A stretch of 64,000 nt of DNA from Macrostomum hystrix (lineage: Eukaryota > Animalia > Platyhelminthes), in NCBI GenBank assembly GCA_950097015.1, contig CATNEN010000005.1, forward strand, positions 2,728,001-2,792,000. Reading direction: 5' to 3'. Positions 61,023 to 64,000 of the stretch are shown piece by piece; the stretch's first letter is position 1; each line of letters begins with the position of its first letter. Below the pieces are notes generated by a model. The model was given only the letters and a program-made list of their open reading frames with translations. It searched no databases and was not told the origin of the DNA. The translations under genes were made by a program, and so were the position numbers.

Positions 61023-62636
61023 AGTGAGAGCTGAGTAAGACTCAATCCCTACTCAATCCTTAGTGAGAGCTGAGTAAGACTCAATCCCTACTCAATCACT
61101 AGTTAGAGCTGAGTAAGACTCAATCCCTACTCAATCCCTAGTGAGAGCTGAATAAGACTCAATCCCTACTCAATCCCTAGTGAGAGCTGAATAAGACTCA
61201 ATCCCTACTCAATCCCTAGTGAGAGCTGAATAAGACTCAATCCCTACTAAGTGAGAACTGAGTAAGACTCGATCCCTACCTAGTGAGAGCTGAGTAAGAC
61301 TCGATCCCTACTAAATGAGAACTGCGTCGGACTCAATCCCTACCAAGTGAGAACAGAGTAAGACTCGATCCCTACCTAGTGAGAGCTGAGTAAGACTCAA
61401 TCCCTACTCAATCCCTAGTGAGAGCTGAGTAAGACTCAATCCCTACTCAATCCTTAGTGAGAGCTGAGTAAGACTCAATCCCTACTCAATCACTAGTTAG
61501 AGCTGAGTAAGACTCGATCCCTGCCTAGTGAGAGCTGAGTAAGACTCAATCCCTACTCAATCCCTAGTGAGAGCTGAGTAAGACTCGATCCCTACCTGGT
61601 CAGAACTGAGTAAGACTCAATCCCTACTCAATCCCTAGTGAGAGCTGAATAAGACTCAATCCCTACTCAATCCCTAGTGAGAGCTGAGTAAGGCTCAATC
61701 CCTACTCAATCCCTAGTGAGAGCTGAGTAAGACTCAATCCCTACTCAATCCCTAGTGAGAGCTGAGTAAGACTCGATCCCTACCTGGTCAGAACTGAGTA
61801 AGACTCAATCCCTACTCAATCCCTAGTGAGAGCTGAGTAAGACTCAATCCCTACTCAATCCCTAGTGAGAGCTGAGTAAGACTCGATCCCTACCTGGTCA
61901 GAACTGAGTAAGACTCAATCCCTACTCAATCCCTAGTGAGAGCTGAATAAGACTCAATCCCTACTCAATCCCTAGTGAGAGCTGAGTAAGGCTCGATCCC
62001 TACTTAGTTAGAACTGATTAAGAATCAATCCCTACTAAGTGAGAACTGCGTCGGACTCAATCCCTACCAAGTGAGAACAGAGTAAGACTCGATCCCTACC
62101 TAGTGAGAGCTGAGTAAGACTCCATCCCTACTCAATCCCTAGAGTGAGCTGAATAAGACTCAATCCCTACTCAATCCCTAGTTAGAGCTGAGTAAGACTC
62201 GATCCCTACCTAGTCAGAACTGAGTAAGACTCAATCCCTACTCAATCCCTAGTGAGAGCTGAATAAGACTCAATCCCTACTCAATCCCTAGTTAGAGCTG
62301 AGTAAGACTCGATCCCTACTTAGTTAGAACTGATTAAGACTCAATCCCTACTAAGTGAGAACTGCGTCGGACTCAATCCCTACCAAGTGAGAACTGCGTC
62401 GGACTCAATCCCTACCAAGTGAGAACTGAGTAAGACTCGATCCCTACCTAGTGAGAGCTGAGTAAGACTCAATCCTTACTCAATCCCTAGAGAGAGGTGA
62501 ATAAGACTCAATCCCTACTCAATCCCTAGTTAGAGCTAAGTAAGACTCGATCCCTACCTAGTGAGAGCTGAGTAAGACTCAATCCCTACCTAGTGAGAAC
62601 TGATTAAGACTCGATCCCTACCAAGTGAGAATTAAG
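61023..62636. repeat. ~41-bp (with shorter variants) minisatellite with higher-order blocks
   Basis: Unit AGTGAGAGCTGAGTAAGACTCAATCCCTACTCAATCCCT with recurring variant blocks (e.g. ACTGCGTCGGACTC at ~61321, 62046, 62361). Confidence 0.96.
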
Positions 62637-63199
62637 TAGGCCTCTTTTAGATTAAGACAATACGAGCGTACACACTGTGAATTGTACTTAAAATGGATGA
62701 CGTGAATTTTAAAATTGACTCCCTGATTGAGCAATAGAAAGCTTGACAATAATTTCGCTAGTTTTTATCTTATGCAGCAAAACACATTAACATTCAGTTC
62801 ACTTTCGCATTGCTCGCAACCATATAAATGGTACTAAGTCAAAAAGCCGGAAGTCCACTTACTTTGAGCGCTATTGAATTTACTAAACCACAGTGTACAT
62901 AATCCCAGCACTGTTTGCTAATCCCTTCGTCCCTTATACTTGACTTTGTTTGACTCGGCAGATTGTTGACACTGCTGATTTAGTGTACTCTTGTAGCACA
63001 CTTGATGATTAGGCACTTCGCTTCGTGTGTCAACAACTGAATACATACTATAGATACACTACATGTTACTTTCCCTGTAGAAACATTTTTTAGAATGAAT
63101 CTTTTGTAACACTGATTCTCTATTCGCTGTCCTTTCTTGTCATGCTGTCATATTTCGCACATTCTGCTTTGTCTTAACTCTCCTCGATCTCCTCTCCTT

Positions 63200-63505
63200 G
63201 GGTTTGTAGCCTACTGTTTAGAGCGTCGGACTCACGACTTGAAGGTCGGGGGTTCGATTCCCGACTTCACTGAAACAATTTGTGTCCTTTAGCAAGACAC
63301 TAACTCTGCATTGCTTCAGTTCACCCAGCTGTTAAATGGGTAACAGCATTAGCTGGGATAATTGAAGGTGGGTGTGGCGTCCCCCCCAGTCCATGGACTG
63401 AACAGCTGTACGCAGCCTTCAGATGCGCCGCGCAATAGCTGCGGCTGTGCTGTCGGCTGCACACCTTGGGACCCGATTGGGACAGCTATAATAATGTTAT
63501 TTCTT
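63200..63505 (+). mobile_element. Full-length copy of the tRNA-derived CORE-like SINE
   Basis: Nearly identical to 27879-28170 over about 270 bp. Confidence 0.88.
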
Positions 63506-64000
63506 ATTAATAGTCTTTCGCACCAAGGTCACGAGCTCAAATCCGCGGCGAGGCCACATTTATAAATCTGGGGTTCGGCCGCTGGCACAGTGAGAGTGTG
63601 CACTGATTTACATTGAAAAGTTACGGTAAGGTATCTGTGTGCGTGTGCATCTTAAGAATCAACGGATTCAGAATCCAGAATCCAGATTGCAGGGTGAAAG
63701 CTGTTTAATATATGTCGCCAATTTTCTTTCAAGTTAAATTATTGATTTTTTTTGTCATTCATTTAGCTCAACCATTGCTTACTCCCACGCAAGGTTAGGA
63801 AGTATTTCTGCATGCTTTGGCATTAGCTGCCCGTATGCGTAAATTTGCTAGTCATTTGTGCAGTCAACAGGTTCTAGTTTATTCAGTTTGAATGCATTTT
63901 TCTCGTGATAATAAAGTACTTTTAACTTCGGTTAACTTGTAATCCTGTTAAAGAATGAAACTAATATGGACTCTGCCTGAATAATATGAATTATCAATTG

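Overview
Eukaryotic (animal) genomic DNA. GC-rich, Ala/Ser/Gln-rich exons and minisatellite-packed introns suggest an invertebrate such as a free-living flatworm (Macrostomum-like); this is inference only. Positions <1-7755 are the right part of an apparently intact Polinton/Maverick (adintovirus-like) element. It encodes a protein-primed PolB with an embedded EndoVII/HNH finger (missed by the ORF track because it runs off the window), an adenovirus pX-like protein, an rve integrase, a parvovirus-type PLA2 and two orphan ORFs. It also carries an array of four 43-bp palindromes at an exact 72-bp period, and it ends in ...TACTACT (5'-AGTAGTA on the minus strand). The rest is host DNA with spliced genes reconstructed by hand: NDRG (+, 6 exons), Chibby (+), two tandem paralogous coiled-coil genes (-), MCPH1/microcephalin (-), RAD23 (-) and LC3/ATG8 (+). 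Between and within them lie a deleted mariner, two hAT MITEs, a MULE-like MITE, a TTAA-flanked element, tRNA-derived CORE-like SINEs and about 16 unrelated tandem arrays, many of them intronic. The most unusual signals are (1) the Polinton palindrome array directly downstream of an orphan gene, (2) its 9-bp identity to the DNA flanking the element end, and (3) a host array at 58.2 kb with the same GAAACC-N3-GGTTTC core. All calls were made by eye without database searches.
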